A stretch of DNA of 51,484 nt from a bacterium (GTDB lineage Bacteria; Bacteroidota; Ignavibacteria; Kapaibacteriales; Kapaibacteriaceae). The DNA lies in the NCBI GenBank assembly GCA_024711065.1, contig JANJTN010000128.1, positions 1-51,484 on the forward strand. Direction: 5' to 3'. The number at the start of each line of letters is the position of its first letter. Positions within the stretch are counted from its first letter, which is position 1. Positions 37,959-51,484 of this stretch are shown here, one piece after another. The position numbers and the translations under genes were made by a program. The notes beneath the pieces are model-generated. The model worked only from the letters and a program-made list of their open reading frames with translations. It was not told the origin of the DNA and ran no database searches.

Positions 37959-39941
37959 TCATCGAACGTTGAGCAGAACGGAGGGACCTTGGGCACTGCG
38001 CACCAGGTACACGCCGCCGGCCAGGTGGCGGGTGTCGACGTCGACCTCGCCATGAACCATGCCGGTCCATACATCGCGTCCCATCAGGTCCGTGATCTGC
38101 ACCAACATGGGCACGTCCGTCCGTAGCACCACGCGATCATCTGCCGGATTGGGGAACGCGGCCAAGCCCCCTTCCACCCGAGGACCCTCTGCCACCGACG
38201 TTGCCGGATCCGGGAAGCGGACATGATAGCGCTCCCACGTATCGCTGCACCACTGGGCGAGCACCTCCATGGTGTCGCCGGTCGGGCGAATGATCAGGCA
38301 ATCGCCCTCCATGATCTCGGCCGTGGTCAGGATCTCCCCGTCACCAGCCGGATTGAACACCAGGTTGGCCACGGCATCATGGGTGCTGATCACGCGACAG
38401 CCGTTCGTGGGGATCGTTTCCAGGTCCTGCAACCGTGCTGCCGCGATCGCATCGCCGCCGCCGCTGGCCCAATGTTGTTGCTTCTCGTACCGACCCAGCA
38501 TCAGGTCCAGTGTTTCCCAACACCGGCACACCGGACTGGAATAGCCATCGCCAGTAGGTACTCCTTGGGCGATCATCACCTTGCCGATCTCGCGCGACTG
38601 CTCGCGTCCCTCGTGGATCAGGTTGCGACCGGGGAAGCAATCAGGTGAGGGCCCCGGATCCTTGGAGTTCCAGTCCGTTTTGGCATGGCGGAAGAACACC
38701 ACCATGGTACCAGTGCGCAGTTCTGCCATGGCTTCGGGAGGCGTAAGGCGGCCACGGCGCTGACTCTCGTACGCTCCAAGGTCTACCTTGCGTCCAACCA
38801 GACGCGGGTTACCGATGGCATCGCAGTTCTGATGGTTCACGAACTTGTCGACCACGCCACCGTCTCGCGCCACCGAGAAACTCGACGGACGCAGACCATC
38901 GTCGTCCGTGCCGAAGTAGCCATCCGGGCCCATGGGATCGTTGATGTCTTCAAAGGACGGATCGCTCTGCCAGAAGCCGAGGTCGAAGTCTTTCTCGATC
39001 AGATTGGCGGTGGAGGTGAACGTATGCGCGTCGTCCTTCTTCACCTGCACTACATGCTTGAGCGTGTCCGGCAGGTCGCCGTTCCACATCACCGAATTTT
39101 GGAGAAGGCCTCCGGAGACCACAAGCGACGTTCCGCCGCCGGCAACGGCATCGGTGCCAACCGAATTACGAACGAACGTGGTGTTCACGATGTACACGGG
39201 AGTTTCGGCGGCGATGGCGCCCCCTCCAAGAGCGGCATAGTTGCTGTCGAACACGCACGAGGCGATCTGCACCGTGGGCGCTACATCGCTGGCTCCCACA
39301 TAGATCCCACCAGCAGTGGCCTCGGTGCTGTTGGCCAGGAACATCGTTTCGCCGATGAAAGGACCATACCCGTACGACGGCGGGTCCTGGTGATTTCGGA
39401 TCGCGATACCGCGGCCGCTGTTATGGTCGAACTGGCAGAACTCTACACGTACCCTGCCGGTCTGGGACAGCACCAGGGCGTCGCCTTCAAACCCGGTAAA
39501 GCGGCAATTGTAGAAAGCTGGCTGGCCGAACTGCACATCGATCCCGCCAATAGGGCCACGGAACACCAAGCCATCGAGTCGGGTGGTGGAGTCGTGCTCA
39601 ACCAGGGTCCACCGCCCGTTCAGCACGACCACGCTCGGCCGCCGATACCAGTCGCGCAGCTCCCGCAGCGTCTCGTAGCCACCAAAGCCGCCGTACAGGC
39701 GCACACCCTTGGGCAACGTAGCGCTAAAGGCATCCACCTCATAGGCGCCACGTGCCACCCATATCTCGTCGCCATCGGCGGCCATGGACAGGGCATCCGC
39801 CAGGTAGCGGTACGGAGCATTCCACGACTGACCGTCGCCACCCGGCTCTGCGATGGCGGCAACGAACAGGGTGTCGGCAGCGTGAAGGGGGCTAGCCACT
39901 GCGGCCGCCACAAGCATCAGTAGGAGGGCTCGTTTGATCAT
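37959..39941 (-). CDS. Secreted T9SS cargo: right-handed beta-helix + histidine phosphatase domain + CTD
   Basis: Signal peptide; GDGQSWNAPY..L.DAL..A..GDEIWVARG and DAIGNPR...VDLGAYE (beta-helix/choice-of-anchor Q-like); FFRHAKT..SSPVCRC..STH (His phosphatase); AFPNPA..DLMGR..LAGGVYLV. Confidence 0.8.
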   Translation of the reverse strand: MIKRALLLMLVAAAVASPLHAADTLFVAAIAEPGGDGQSWNAPYRYLADALSMAADGDEIWVARGAYEVDAFSATLPKGVRLYGGFGGYETLRELRDWYRRPSVVVLNGRWTLVEHDSTTRLDGLVFRGPIGGIDVQFGQPAFYNCRFTGFEGDALVLSQTGRVRVEFCQFDHNSGRGIAIRNHQDPPSYGYGPFIGETMFLANSTEATAGGIYVGASDVAPTVQIASCVFDSNYAALGGGAIAAETPVYIVNTTFVRNSVGTDAVAGGGTSLVVSGGLLQNSVMWNGDLPDTLKHVVQVKKDDAHTFTSTANLIEKDFDLGFWQSDPSFEDINDPMGPDGYFGTDDDGLRPSSFSVARDGGVVDKFVNHQNCDAIGNPRLVGRKVDLGAYESQRRGRLTPPEAMAELRTGTMVVFFRHAKTDWNSKDPGPSPDCFPGRNLIHEGREQSREIGKVMIAQGVPTGDGYSSPVCRCWETLDLMLGRYEKQQHWASGGGDAIAAARLQDLETIPTNGCRVISTHDAVANLVFNPAGDGEILTTAEIMEGDCLIIRPTGDTMEVLAQWCSDTWERYHVRFPDPATSVAEGPRVEGGLAAFPNPADDRVVLRTDVPMLVQITDLMGRDVWTGMVHGEVDVDTRHLAGGVYLVRSAQGPSVLLNVR

Positions 39942-39960
39942 GTCCGAATCTACACAAAGG

Positions 39961-39993
39961 AAAACGCCCCACCGGAATCCCGGAGGGGCGTTT
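39961..39993 (-). terminator. Rho-independent terminator after rpoC
   Basis: AAACGCCCC.CCGG-loop-CCGG.GGGGCGTTT inverted repeat with T-run on the minus strand. Confidence 0.8.
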
Positions 39994-40016
39994 GCGTTAC
40001 GATATCGGACGCTGGA

Positions 40017-44294
<4,278 letters not shown>

Positions 44295-44337
44295 CGTTTC
44301 TCCGATGGAGTTTTCCGGTTCAGTGAATCGTGGACGA

Positions 44338-47300
44338 TCAATCGAACTTGACGTCCAGGCACAGGCCCTGCAACTCGCGAACGAGCACGTTGAAGGACTC
44401 AGGGATATTCGGCACCGGCAGGTTCTCGCCTTTGACGAGGGTCTCGTACATCTTGGCTCGTCCCTGCACGTCGTCCGATTTGACGGTGATCATCTCTTGC
44501 AGCGTGTGGGCAGCCCCATACGCCTCGAGTGCCCACACCTCCATCTCGCCGAGACGCTGTCCGCCGAACTGAGCTTTACCACCCAGCGGTTGTTGCGTGA
44601 TCAACGAGTATGGACCAATGGATCGCGCGTGCAGCTTGTCTTCGACCAAGTGCGAGAGCTTCATCATGTAGATGATGCCCACGGTGACTTCATTTTCGAA
44701 AGCTTCGCCTGAGCGGCCATCGTACAGCACCGTTTTTCCGGTACGAGGTAGTCCGGCCTGAGCAAGGTACTCGCCCACTTCCTCCCACGACGCACCATCG
44801 AAGATCGGCGTAGCGAAGTGCACACCCAGTTTCGAACCAGCCCAGCCGAGAGCGGTCTCGTACAGCTGGCCCAGGTTCATACGGCTCGGTACGCCCAGCG
44901 GGTTAAGGACGATGTCCACCGGCTGTCCGTCCGGCAGGAACGGCATGTCCTGCACCGGAACGATCTTCGAAACGATACCCTTGTTGCCGTGGCGGCCGGC
45001 CATCTTGTCGCCCACTTGCAGCTTGCGCTTCTTGGCCACATAGACCTTGGCCATCTGCAGGATACCGGGCTGCAGCTCGTCTCCGGCAGCGATCTTGTTC
45101 CGCTCGATCCGGCCATCCAGCATGACCAGCTGACGGCGGTTCTCGTAGTTCTTGAGCAGCTCGCGAAGCAACGTCATGGTCTTCTTGTCGGACACCCAAT
45201 CCTGCTCGACATTCATTGCCGACGGCACAAACGAGCCTGCCTCGTACTTGGCCATCAGATCCTCTGCCGACAGCTTGGCGCCGGAGCGGAACACCACCGA
45301 GTCATTCGCCGAGCGGATGCCGGTACTGGTCTTGCCGTCCAGTAGCTGACCGATGCGCTCCACACACTCTACGTCCAGAGCACGCAGAGCCTGCTGCTCG
45401 CGTTTGGTGATCAGGTCTTGCCGACGCTTCTCTTCCGCGCGGAACTCCGTATCGGAGGTCAGCACGCGGCGAGCGAACAGCTTGGTATTGATCACCGTGC
45501 CTTTGAGTCCGGGAGGTGCCTTCAGTGAAACGTCCTTCACATCTCCAGCCTTGTCGCCGAAGATGGCACGAAGCAGCTTCTCTTCCGGTGTCGGGTCGGT
45601 CTCGCCCTTGGGCGTGATCTTACCGATCAGGATGTCGCCCTCATGCACTTTGGAACCAACGCTCACGATACCGCGGTCGTCGAGGTCCTTGGTGGCTTCT
45701 TCCGAGACGTTCGGGATCTCGCGGGTGAACTCTTCTTCGCCACGCTTGGTGTCGCGAACCTGCAGCGTGAATTCTTCGATGTGGACCGATGTGAACACGT
45801 CTTGCGCTACCATGCGCTCGCTGATCACAATGGCGTCCTCAAAGTTGTATCCGCGCCACGGCATGAAGGCCACCATCACGTTCTGGCCGAGTGCCAATTC
45901 ACCGTCGTCGGTAGACGCACCGTCGATGATCGGCTCGCCCTTGGCTACGCGCTGTCCCGCCCGCACGATCGGGCGCTGGTTGATGGCGGTATCCTGGTTC
46001 GTGCGATAGTACTTCAGCAGTTCGTAGCGGATCACGCGATCGCCATCGAACGACGTCAGTTGCTCGTCCTTCGGGCGCTTGTCGTCGTACCGTACCTGCA
46101 CGTAATCACCGCACACGTACTCGATCACGCCGTCGTCCTCTGCGAGAACCACCGAGCGCGAATCCCGAGCCACGCGAGCTTCCATACCGGTACCCACGAT
46201 CGGAGCGTGCGGCCGTAGCAGCGGCACACCTTGGCGTTGCATGTTCGAACCCATCAGGGCCCGGTTGGCATCGTCGTGCTCCAGGAACGGGATCAGGGAG
46301 GCAGCCGGAGACGTGATCTGGTCGGTCGAGACCTCCATGTATTCCACTTCCGACGGCGGAACGACCTTGTAGTCGCCGCTGCGGCGGGCTTTCACGGTCT
46401 CTCCCACCAGGCGGCCCTTGCTGTCCACATCCGTGCCAGCCGGCACGATGGTCTTGCCTTCTTCCTTGTCGGCCGGCAGGAACTCCAGATCGTCGGTCAC
46501 GATACCGTTCACGACCTTCACATACGGCGTCTCGATGAAGCCGAACTTGTTCACGCGGGCATGGATGGCCAGCGACGAGATCAGACCGATGTTCGGACCT
46601 TCCGGCGTCTCGATCGGACACAGGCGGCCGTAGTGCGTATAGTGCACGTCGCGCACCTCAAAGCCGGCGCGCTCACGCGTCAGACCGCCAGGTCCCAGAG
46701 CCGAGGTCCGACGCTTGTGCGTAACCTCAGACAGCGGGTTGGTCTGATCCATGAACTGGCTCAGCTGGTTGGTTCCGAAGAACTGGTTGATCACGCTGGT
46801 GATCGTACGAGCATTGACCAGTTCGGACGGCGTGATGTTCTCGCTGTCGCGAACGCTAAGGCGCTCCTTGATCGTACGCGCCATCCGGGTCAGACCCAGA
46901 TTGAACGTCGATTCAAGCTGCTCGCCCACCGTACGAACCCGACGGTTGGCCAAGTGGTCGATATCGTCCACCGGCACCTTGGCGTCGCGCACGTCGATCA
47001 GGTGTTTCACGATCCGTACGATGTCGTCCACGGTCAGCGTGGTCACATCGAACGGCACGTTCAGATTCAGTTTCTCATTGATGCGATAGCGGCCCACAAC
47101 ACCCAGGTCATAACGCTTGGGGTTGAAGAACAGCTTCTCGAGCAAGCCCCAGGCCGTGTCCAGATCCGGTGGATCGGACGAACGGAGTTGGCGGTAGATC
47201 GTCTCCAGAGCATCCTCACGGGTGCGGGACGTGTCCTTGGCCAGCGTCTTGGCAATGATCGGCTCGTCGTTCGGGTTTTCGTACTTGTACAACCGAATGG

Positions 47301-48162
47301 AGTCCACCTCGGCTGCGCCGAGCATCTCCATCAGATTGGGGTCCACCACATAGTCGCGCTGGGCCACGATCTCGCCTGTGGCCATATCCACCACATCGGC
47401 CGCCACGCGGCGTCCGAGGTGATCTTCGGTGAGCTCACTCACCGGCACATCCTCGGCCAGTTCGAAGAGGTTCAACAGATCCTCATCGCTGGAATAGCCA
47501 AGGGCGCGCAGCAGGGTGGTGACCGGGAATTTCTTCTTTCGGTCGATGTAGGCGTACATCACGTCGTGGATGTCCGTGGTGAATTCGATCCACGAACCCT
47601 TGAACGGAATGATGCGCGCCGAGAAGATCTTGGTGCCGTTCGGGTGCAACGCTTCATCGAAGAAGCAGCCGGGCGAACGATGCAGCTGGGCAACGATCAC
47701 GCGCTCGGCGCCGTTGATGATGAAGGTTCCCCGAGGAGTCATCGCCGGGATCTGACCCAGGTAGACCTCCTGGTCGATCGCCTCGATGTAGTCCTCCGAG
47801 CTCGGGTCGGCCTTCGACGACAGCCGCAGACGGGCTTTCAGCGTCTTGGCGTACGTCAGCTCGCGCTCGCGACACTCTTCCTCGGTGTACTTGGGCTTCT
47901 CGATGAAGTAATCGATGAAGCTCAGTTCGTACACTCCGGAGTTGTCCTCGATCGGGAAGTTGGACGCAAAGGCACGCTGAAGGCCGAGGTTGCGGCGCTC
48001 CGTAGCCGGTACGTCTTCCTGCACGAACTCGTGGTACGAGTCGATCTGGATCCCGAGCAGGTCGGGGTAGGTGTGGTGCTTGCTAACGTGGCCGAAGTGA
48101 ACGCGCTCGCGGAGGCGCTTCATCGGCAGTGTGTACAGGGATGTATCCTGAGGTGCATGCAT
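44338..48162 (-). CDS. rpoB: RNA polymerase subunit beta
   Basis: [50 protein letters not shown]; start may be ATG 48123. Confidence 0.99.
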   Translation of the reverse strand: MHAPQDTSLYTLPMKRLRERVHFGHVSKHHTYPDLLGIQIDSYHEFVQEDVPATERRNLGLQRAFASNFPIEDNSGVYELSFIDYFIEKPKYTEEECRERELTYAKTLKARLRLSSKADPSSEDYIEAIDQEVYLGQIPAMTPRGTFIINGAERVIVAQLHRSPGCFFDEALHPNGTKIFSARIIPFKGSWIEFTTDIHDVMYAYIDRKKKFPVTTLLRALGYSSDEDLLNLFELAEDVPVSELTEDHLGRRVAADVVDMATGEIVAQRDYVVDPNLMEMLGAAEVDSIRLYKYENPNDEPIIAKTLAKDTSRTREDALETIYRQLRSSDPPDLDTAWGLLEKLFFNPKRYDLGVVGRYRINEKLNLNVPFDVTTLTVDDIVRIVKHLIDVRDAKVPVDDIDHLANRRVRTVGEQLESTFNLGLTRMARTIKERLSVRDSENITPSELVNARTITSVINQFFGTNQLSQFMDQTNPLSEVTHKRRTSALGPGGLTRERAGFEVRDVHYTHYGRLCPIETPEGPNIGLISSLAIHARVNKFGFIETPYVKVVNGIVTDDLEFLPADKEEGKTIVPAGTDVDSKGRLVGETVKARRSGDYKVVPPSEVEYMEVSTDQITSPAASLIPFLEHDDANRALMGSNMQRQGVPLLRPHAPIVGTGMEARVARDSRSVVLAEDDGVIEYVCGDYVQVRYDDKRPKDEQLTSFDGDRVIRYELLKYYRTNQDTAINQRPIVRAGQRVAKGEPIIDGASTDDGELALGQNVMVAFMPWRGYNFEDAIVISERMVAQDVFTSVHIEEFTLQVRDTKRGEEEFTREIPNVSEEATKDLDDRGIVSVGSKVHEGDILIGKITPKGETDPTPEEKLLRAIFGDKAGDVKDVSLKAPPGLKGTVINTKLFARRVLTSDTEFRAEEKRRQDLITKREQQALRALDVECVERIGQLLDGKTSTGIRSANDSVVFRSGAKLSAEDLMAKYEAGSFVPSAMNVEQDWVSDKKTMTLLRELLKNYENRRQLVMLDGRIERNKIAAGDELQPGILQMAKVYVAKKRKLQVGDKMAGRHGNKGIVSKIVPVQDMPFLPDGQPVDIVLNPLGVPSRMNLGQLYETALGWAGSKLGVHFATPIFDGASWEEVGEYLAQAGLPRTGKTVLYDGRSGEAFENEVTVGIIYMMKLSHLVEDKLHARSIGPYSLITQQPLGGKAQFGGQRLGEMEVWALEAYGAAHTLQEMITVKSDDVQGRAKMYETLVKGENLPVPNIPESFNVLVRELQGLCLDVKFD

Positions 48163-48218
48163 GGGAAGGGGGCTCCCGACAGCGTGAACAAAGGTGTGGT
48201 CACAAGGACCAGTAAAGA

Positions 48219-48263
48219 CAACAACACCCGGGAAGGCACAAAACGGCCAACCCGGGGTTGTTG
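48219..48263 (-). terminator. Attenuator-like hairpin between rplL and rpoB
   Basis: CAACAAC(A)CCCGGG...CCCGGGGTTGTTG long stem followed by TCTTT on the minus strand. Confidence 0.6.
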
Positions 48264-48277
48264 ATAGCGTTCAGACG

Positions 48278-48658
48278 TTACTTCAGCGTGACCTTGGCGC
48301 CAGCTTCTTCGAGCTTCTTCTTCAGCGACTCGGCCTCGTCCTTCGGAGCGGCTTCTTTCACCACTTTCGGGGCGCCTTCCACCAGATCCTTGGCTTCCTT
48401 CAGTCCGAGACCCGTGACTTCGCGGACCACTTTGATCACGTTCAGTTTCTGGGCACCGGCTTCGGTGAGTTCCACGTCGAATTCGGTCTTCTCTTCAGCG
48501 GCTTCGCCACCACCGGCAGCTACCGGACCGGCAGCCATCATCATCGGTGCAGCGGCCGTAACACCGAACTTCTCTTCCAGAGCTTCCTTCAGAGCGGCAG
48601 CTTCCGTAAGGGTCAGTGCGCCGATCTTCTCAACGAGTTCTTCAACGATTGCAGACAT
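48278..48658 (-). CDS. rplL: 50S ribosomal protein L7/L12
   Basis: [34 protein letters not shown]. Confidence 0.98.
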   Translation of the reverse strand: MSAIVEELVEKIGALTLTEAAALKEALEEKFGVTAAAPMMMAAGPVAAGGGEAAEEKTEFDVELTEAGAQKLNVIKVVREVTGLGLKEAKDLVEGAPKVVKEAAPKDEAESLKKKLEEAGAKVTLK

Positions 48659-48703
48659 TACTGTCTCCTACTTGAGTTAAATGATTGTGTATTCGTAACG
48701 GGG

Positions 48704-49231
48704 TTAGGCTGCCTGTTTCTTGGCAACTTCTTCGACCAGCGATGCCACATCGCGCATCACTGCGCTGATGGCGCCATGGATACCGGAGACCGGTGCATGG
48801 ATGCTGCCGATGATACCTGCAATGAGCTCCTCGCGCGTCGGCAGCTCAGAAACTCGCTTGAGCTGCGATCCGTCGAAGGTCTGACCTTCGATCCATGCCA
48901 TCTTCAAGGACGGTTTTTCCGTCTTCTCAAAGTGCTTGCGAATGATCTTGGCCGGACCGACGGCATCCGTCGAACCAAAGATGATCGCGGTTTGCCCAGC
49001 AAAGCGCTCGATCCCCAGATCGTACTGTTCACCGGCCTGCTGAAGGGCACGAGCGATGAGCGTGTTCTTGGCCACGCGCATCGAGGCACCCTTCTCGCGG
49101 ATCTCGGCACGGAAGGCTTGATCCTCCGCCACCGTCATCCGGGTGAAGTCGACGAAATAGAGGCTCGTTGCTCCCTGGATCTGCTCCACGAGCTCGGCCA
49201 CGATCGCCTGTTTTTGTTCTTTCGTTACCAT
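48704..49231 (-). CDS. rplJ: 50S ribosomal protein L10
   Basis: MVTKEQKQAIVAEL, VAKNTL, LPTREELIA; start set to ATG 49231 after GGAG. Confidence 0.96.
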   Translation of the reverse strand: MVTKEQKQAIVAELVEQIQGATSLYFVDFTRMTVAEDQAFRAEIREKGASMRVAKNTLIARALQQAGEQYDLGIERFAGQTAIIFGSTDAVGPAKIIRKHFEKTEKPSLKMAWIEGQTFDGSQLKRVSELPTREELIAGIIGSIHAPVSGIHGAISAVMRDVASLVEEVAKKQAA

Positions 49232-49322
49232 ACGGCTCCGATTCACATAATGATGTTCAGTGATCAACCGCCACAAGGACGGGTAGAAGCTTGATCACCA
49301 AACAGTGCGTAATAGTCGTTGA

Positions 49323-50021
49323 TTAATGGTCTGCGCCCACGGAATGCTCGTCGACCCGAACGCTGGGACCCATGGTGGACGTGAAGAACAACGACTTCAC
49401 GTACTTCCCTTTGGCCGAGCTCGGCTTGGCGCGCAAAACAGTGTTCACAAAGAGTGCGGCGTTCTCGGCCAGCTTCTCCGGAGAGAAGGAGCACTTGCCG
49501 ATCGCAGCATGGATGTTGCCGGCCTTGTCCACGCGGAACTCGATCTTACCGGCTTTGACCTCTTGAACGGCCTTCGCTACGTCGAACGTAACGGTTCCGC
49601 TCTTCGGGTTCGGCATCAGGCCGCGCGGTCCGAGGATCCGGCCTAGCTTGCCAACCTCGCCCATCACGTCGGGCGTGGCAATGATGATGTCGATGTCTGC
49701 CCAGCCGCCTTGCAGCTTCTCGACGTATTCGGCCAGACCGGCGTAGTCCGCGCCGGCGTCCAGCGCTTCCTTGTCCTTCGGTGCGTTGGCCATCACCAGC
49801 ACGCGAACGGTCTTGCCCGTGCCGTGCGGCAGGGCTACCGTACCGCGCACCAGCTGGTCGGCCTTCCGCGGGTCCACACCGAGGTTCATCGTAACCTCGA
49901 AGGACTCGTCGAATTTGGCGGTGGCGTTCTTCTTGACGATCTCAACAGCCTCTTTGAACGCATAGACCTTCTTGCGGTCGTAGCTCTGGGCTGCCTTGGT
50001 GTAGCGTTTGTTCGTTGCCAT
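49323..50021 (-). CDS. rplA: 50S ribosomal protein L1
   Basis: [48 protein letters not shown]; start set to ATG 50021. Confidence 0.98.
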   Translation of the reverse strand: MATNKRYTKAAQSYDRKKVYAFKEAVEIVKKNATAKFDESFEVTMNLGVDPRKADQLVRGTVALPHGTGKTVRVLVMANAPKDKEALDAGADYAGLAEYVEKLQGGWADIDIIIATPDVMGEVGKLGRILGPRGLMPNPKSGTVTFDVAKAVQEVKAGKIEFRVDKAGNIHAAIGKCSFSPEKLAENAALFVNTVLRAKPSSAKGKYVKSLFFTSTMGPSVRVDEHSVGADH

Positions 50022-50034
50022 GGTTGTGTCCTTG

Positions 50035-50071
50035 TGTTGTGCAAGCGGCCGCCCTCCGGCAGCCTCCAACA
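50035..50071 (-). promoter_or_regulatory. L1-binding-like autoregulatory RNA element before rplA
   Basis: UGUUG-GA-GGCUGCC-GGAG-GGCGGCC-GCUUGCA-CAACA: two helices around an asymmetric GA/G..A internal loop. Confidence 0.65.
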
Positions 50072-50077
50072 GGTGAA

Positions 50078-50503
50078 TTATCCTTCTACGGTCAGGCCCA
50101 TCGAACGGGCCGTGCCGGCGATCATCGAGACGGCGGCGTCCAGGTCATTCGCATTCAGATCGGCCTTCTTGATCTCGGCGATCTCTTCCAGCTGCTTGCG
50201 CGTGACCGATCCCACTTTGTTGCGGTTCGGTTCGCCCGATCCCTTCGGGATGCCGGCAGCCTTGATCAGCAGCACGGCAGCAGGGGGCGACTTGATCTCG
50301 AACGTAAAGCTCTTGTCCGAGTAGTACGTGATCAAGCACGGCAGCACCATGCCCGGCTGCTTGGCAGACTTGGCATTGAACTGCTTGACGAATTCCATAC
50401 CGGCCAGTCCGCGCTGACCGAATGCCGGGCCTACCGGCGGGGCCATCGTGGCCTCGCCACCCTTGATCTGGAGCTTGAAGCTCCCCATCACCTTTTTAGC
50501 CAT
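50078..50503 (-). CDS. rplK: 50S ribosomal protein L11
   Basis: [38 protein letters not shown]. Confidence 0.98.
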   Translation of the reverse strand: MAKKVMGSFKLQIKGGEATMAPPVGPAFGQRGLAGMEFVKQFNAKSAKQPGMVLPCLITYYSDKSFTFEIKSPPAAVLLIKAAGIPKGSGEPNRNKVGSVTRKQLEEIAEIKKADLNANDLDAAVSMIAGTARSMGLTVEG

Positions 50504-50514
50504 GGTATCCTTTC

Positions 50515-50564
50515 GTGGTCAACGACCGCTCTTCCCTCAGGTAAGGGGCTTGTCGGTCTCCCAC
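50515..50564 (-). promoter_or_regulatory. L1-binding-like autoregulatory RNA element before rplK
   Basis: GUGG-GA-GACCG...CGGUC-GUUGA-CCAC immediately upstream of the AAGGA RBS. Confidence 0.7.
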
Positions 50565-50576
50565 TTGACAAATGAA

Positions 50577-51143
50577 CTAGTGTTTCTCTGATTCAACCTG
50601 ATGGAAGTCGAGCTCGATCGGCGTCTTGCGACCCAGGATCCCAACCTCCACCTTCAGCTTCTGCTTTTCGTTATTCACTTCCTTGATCGTGCCGTTGAAG
50701 TTCGAGAACGGGCCGTCGATCACTTTCACCGGATCTCCCTCGCGGAACGAGGTCACCGACGTGCTGATGTCCTTCCGCTCTTCGACCCGACCCAGGATCC
50801 GATCCACTTCATCCTTCTGCAAGGCCTGCGGCTCGGTCTTGGTACCCACAAAACTCACGATGGACTGTAGCGAAAGGATCACCTCCTTCAAGCGCTTGTC
50901 CAACGTACACTCGATCAGGATGTACCCCGGAAGGAAGTTCTTCACCTTCGTCCGGCGCTTGCCGTTACGCACCTCGTACACCGTTTCCTGTGGGATCACG
51001 ATGTTCAGGACACGATTCTCCATGCCAAGGCGGGTCATCTCCATCTCGATGTTCTGCTTCACCTTGGCCTCATGGCCGGTGAAGGTTCGAATGGCATACC
51101 ACTTTGGCTCGAGCGGTCGGTCCTGGTCGGGGGCGTTCAGCAT
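50577..51143 (-). CDS. nusG: Transcription termination/antitermination factor NusG
   Basis: WYAIRTFTGHEAKVK, FLPGYIL, GDPVKVIDGPF (KOW), GRKTPIEL. Confidence 0.97.
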   Translation of the reverse strand: MLNAPDQDRPLEPKWYAIRTFTGHEAKVKQNIEMEMTRLGMENRVLNIVIPQETVYEVRNGKRRTKVKNFLPGYILIECTLDKRLKEVILSLQSIVSFVGTKTEPQALQKDEVDRILGRVEERKDISTSVTSFREGDPVKVIDGPFSNFNGTIKEVNNEKQKLKVEVGILGRKTPIELDFHQVESEKH

Positions 51144-51157
51144 TCGTTCCGGTATCC

Positions 51158-51340
51158 TTAGAAGATGAACTTCATCACCTGCGTCATCGCTTGGTCGATG
51201 ATGAAGGTCACTCCCGTGATGATGAGGCTGGTCACGATCACCACGATCGTGCTCTCGCGCAACTGCTCACGCGTGGGCCAGGAGACCTTTTGCATCTCCT
51301 TGCTCACGTCCGTCAGAAATTGTTTCGTCTTTGCCAGCAT
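51158..51340 (-). CDS. secE: Preprotein translocase subunit SecE
   Basis: EMQKVSWPTREQL followed by one TM helix; lies between tRNA-Trp and nusG. Confidence 0.95.
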   Translation of the reverse strand: MLAKTKQFLTDVSKEMQKVSWPTREQLRESTIVVIVTSLIITGVTFIIDQAMTQVMKFIF

Positions 51341-51384
51341 GTTGCTGTCCTTCGACGGTAAGTTGTCGACGTCTGTTTCGTTCG

Positions 51385-51457
51385 CACGGGCGGCAGGACT
51401 TGAACCCGCAGCCTGCGGTTTTGGAGACCGCTGCTCTACCAGTTGAGCTACACCCGT
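51385..51457 (-). tRNA. trnW: tRNA-Trp(CCA)
   Basis: ACGGGTGTAGCTCAACTGGTAGAGCAGCGGTCTCCAAAACCGCAGGCTGCGGGTTCAAGTCCTGCCGCCCGTG; cloverleaf, anticodon CCA, 3' CCA not encoded. Confidence 0.97.
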
Positions 51458-51467
51458 ATCACCGCTG

Positions 51468-51484
51468 AGCTGATGACCGGGATT
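51468..51484 (-). tRNA. 3' end of a second tRNA, probably tRNA-Thr (truncated by window edge)
   Basis: Minus strand ...AATCCCGGTCATCAGCT = end of T-loop, T-stem and acceptor 3' strand. Thr identity is inferred only from the acceptor sequence and the usual cluster order. Confidence 0.6.

Noticed and set aside
49232-49322. L10 leader RNA before rplJ
   Set aside because: A GTGATCAA/TTGATCAC stem is present, but I could not match the conserved L10-binding core, so it is not called.

Overview
A roughly 60% GC bacterial chromosome window, almost certainly from the Bacteroidota/Chlorobi/Ignavibacteria group. The evidence is TAnnTTTG -7 promoters, four T9SS C-terminal-domain proteins, signal peptides that expose Gln, and a Bacteroidota-type L36. 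Ca. Kapabacteria is a plausible but unproven assignment. Both ends carry the core translation/transcription cluster on the minus strand. On the right are tRNA-Thr (partial), tRNA-Trp, secE, nusG, rplKAJL and rpoBC (40.0-51.5 kb). On the left are rpsL-rpsG-fusA-tuf and the S10, spc and alpha operons (no rpsD, no adk), followed by yihA and purE (0-20 kb). Between rpoC and rpsL lies a ~20 kb accessory block. Main points: (1) A 3.4 kb two-gene cassette (a 29-Cys secreted protein plus a GC-mosaic T9SS beta-propeller protein) is bracketed by a perfect 26-bp direct repeat, which is the terminator of a second fusA. (2) An ECF sigma / putative dual-membrane-spanning anti-sigma / lipoprotein operon shares its intergenic region with a divergent T9SS gene, and that region holds two inverted copies of TGAGACATC-N10-GCTGCATCT, a candidate cognate promoter. 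(3) The EF-G pair looks subfunctionalised: the str-operon copy has degenerate domain IV tips, and the stand-alone copy is of the spdEFG1/mtEFG1 type. (4) There are two L1-binding-like RNA elements, one before rplK and one before rplA. All calls come from reading the sequence; no database searches were run.
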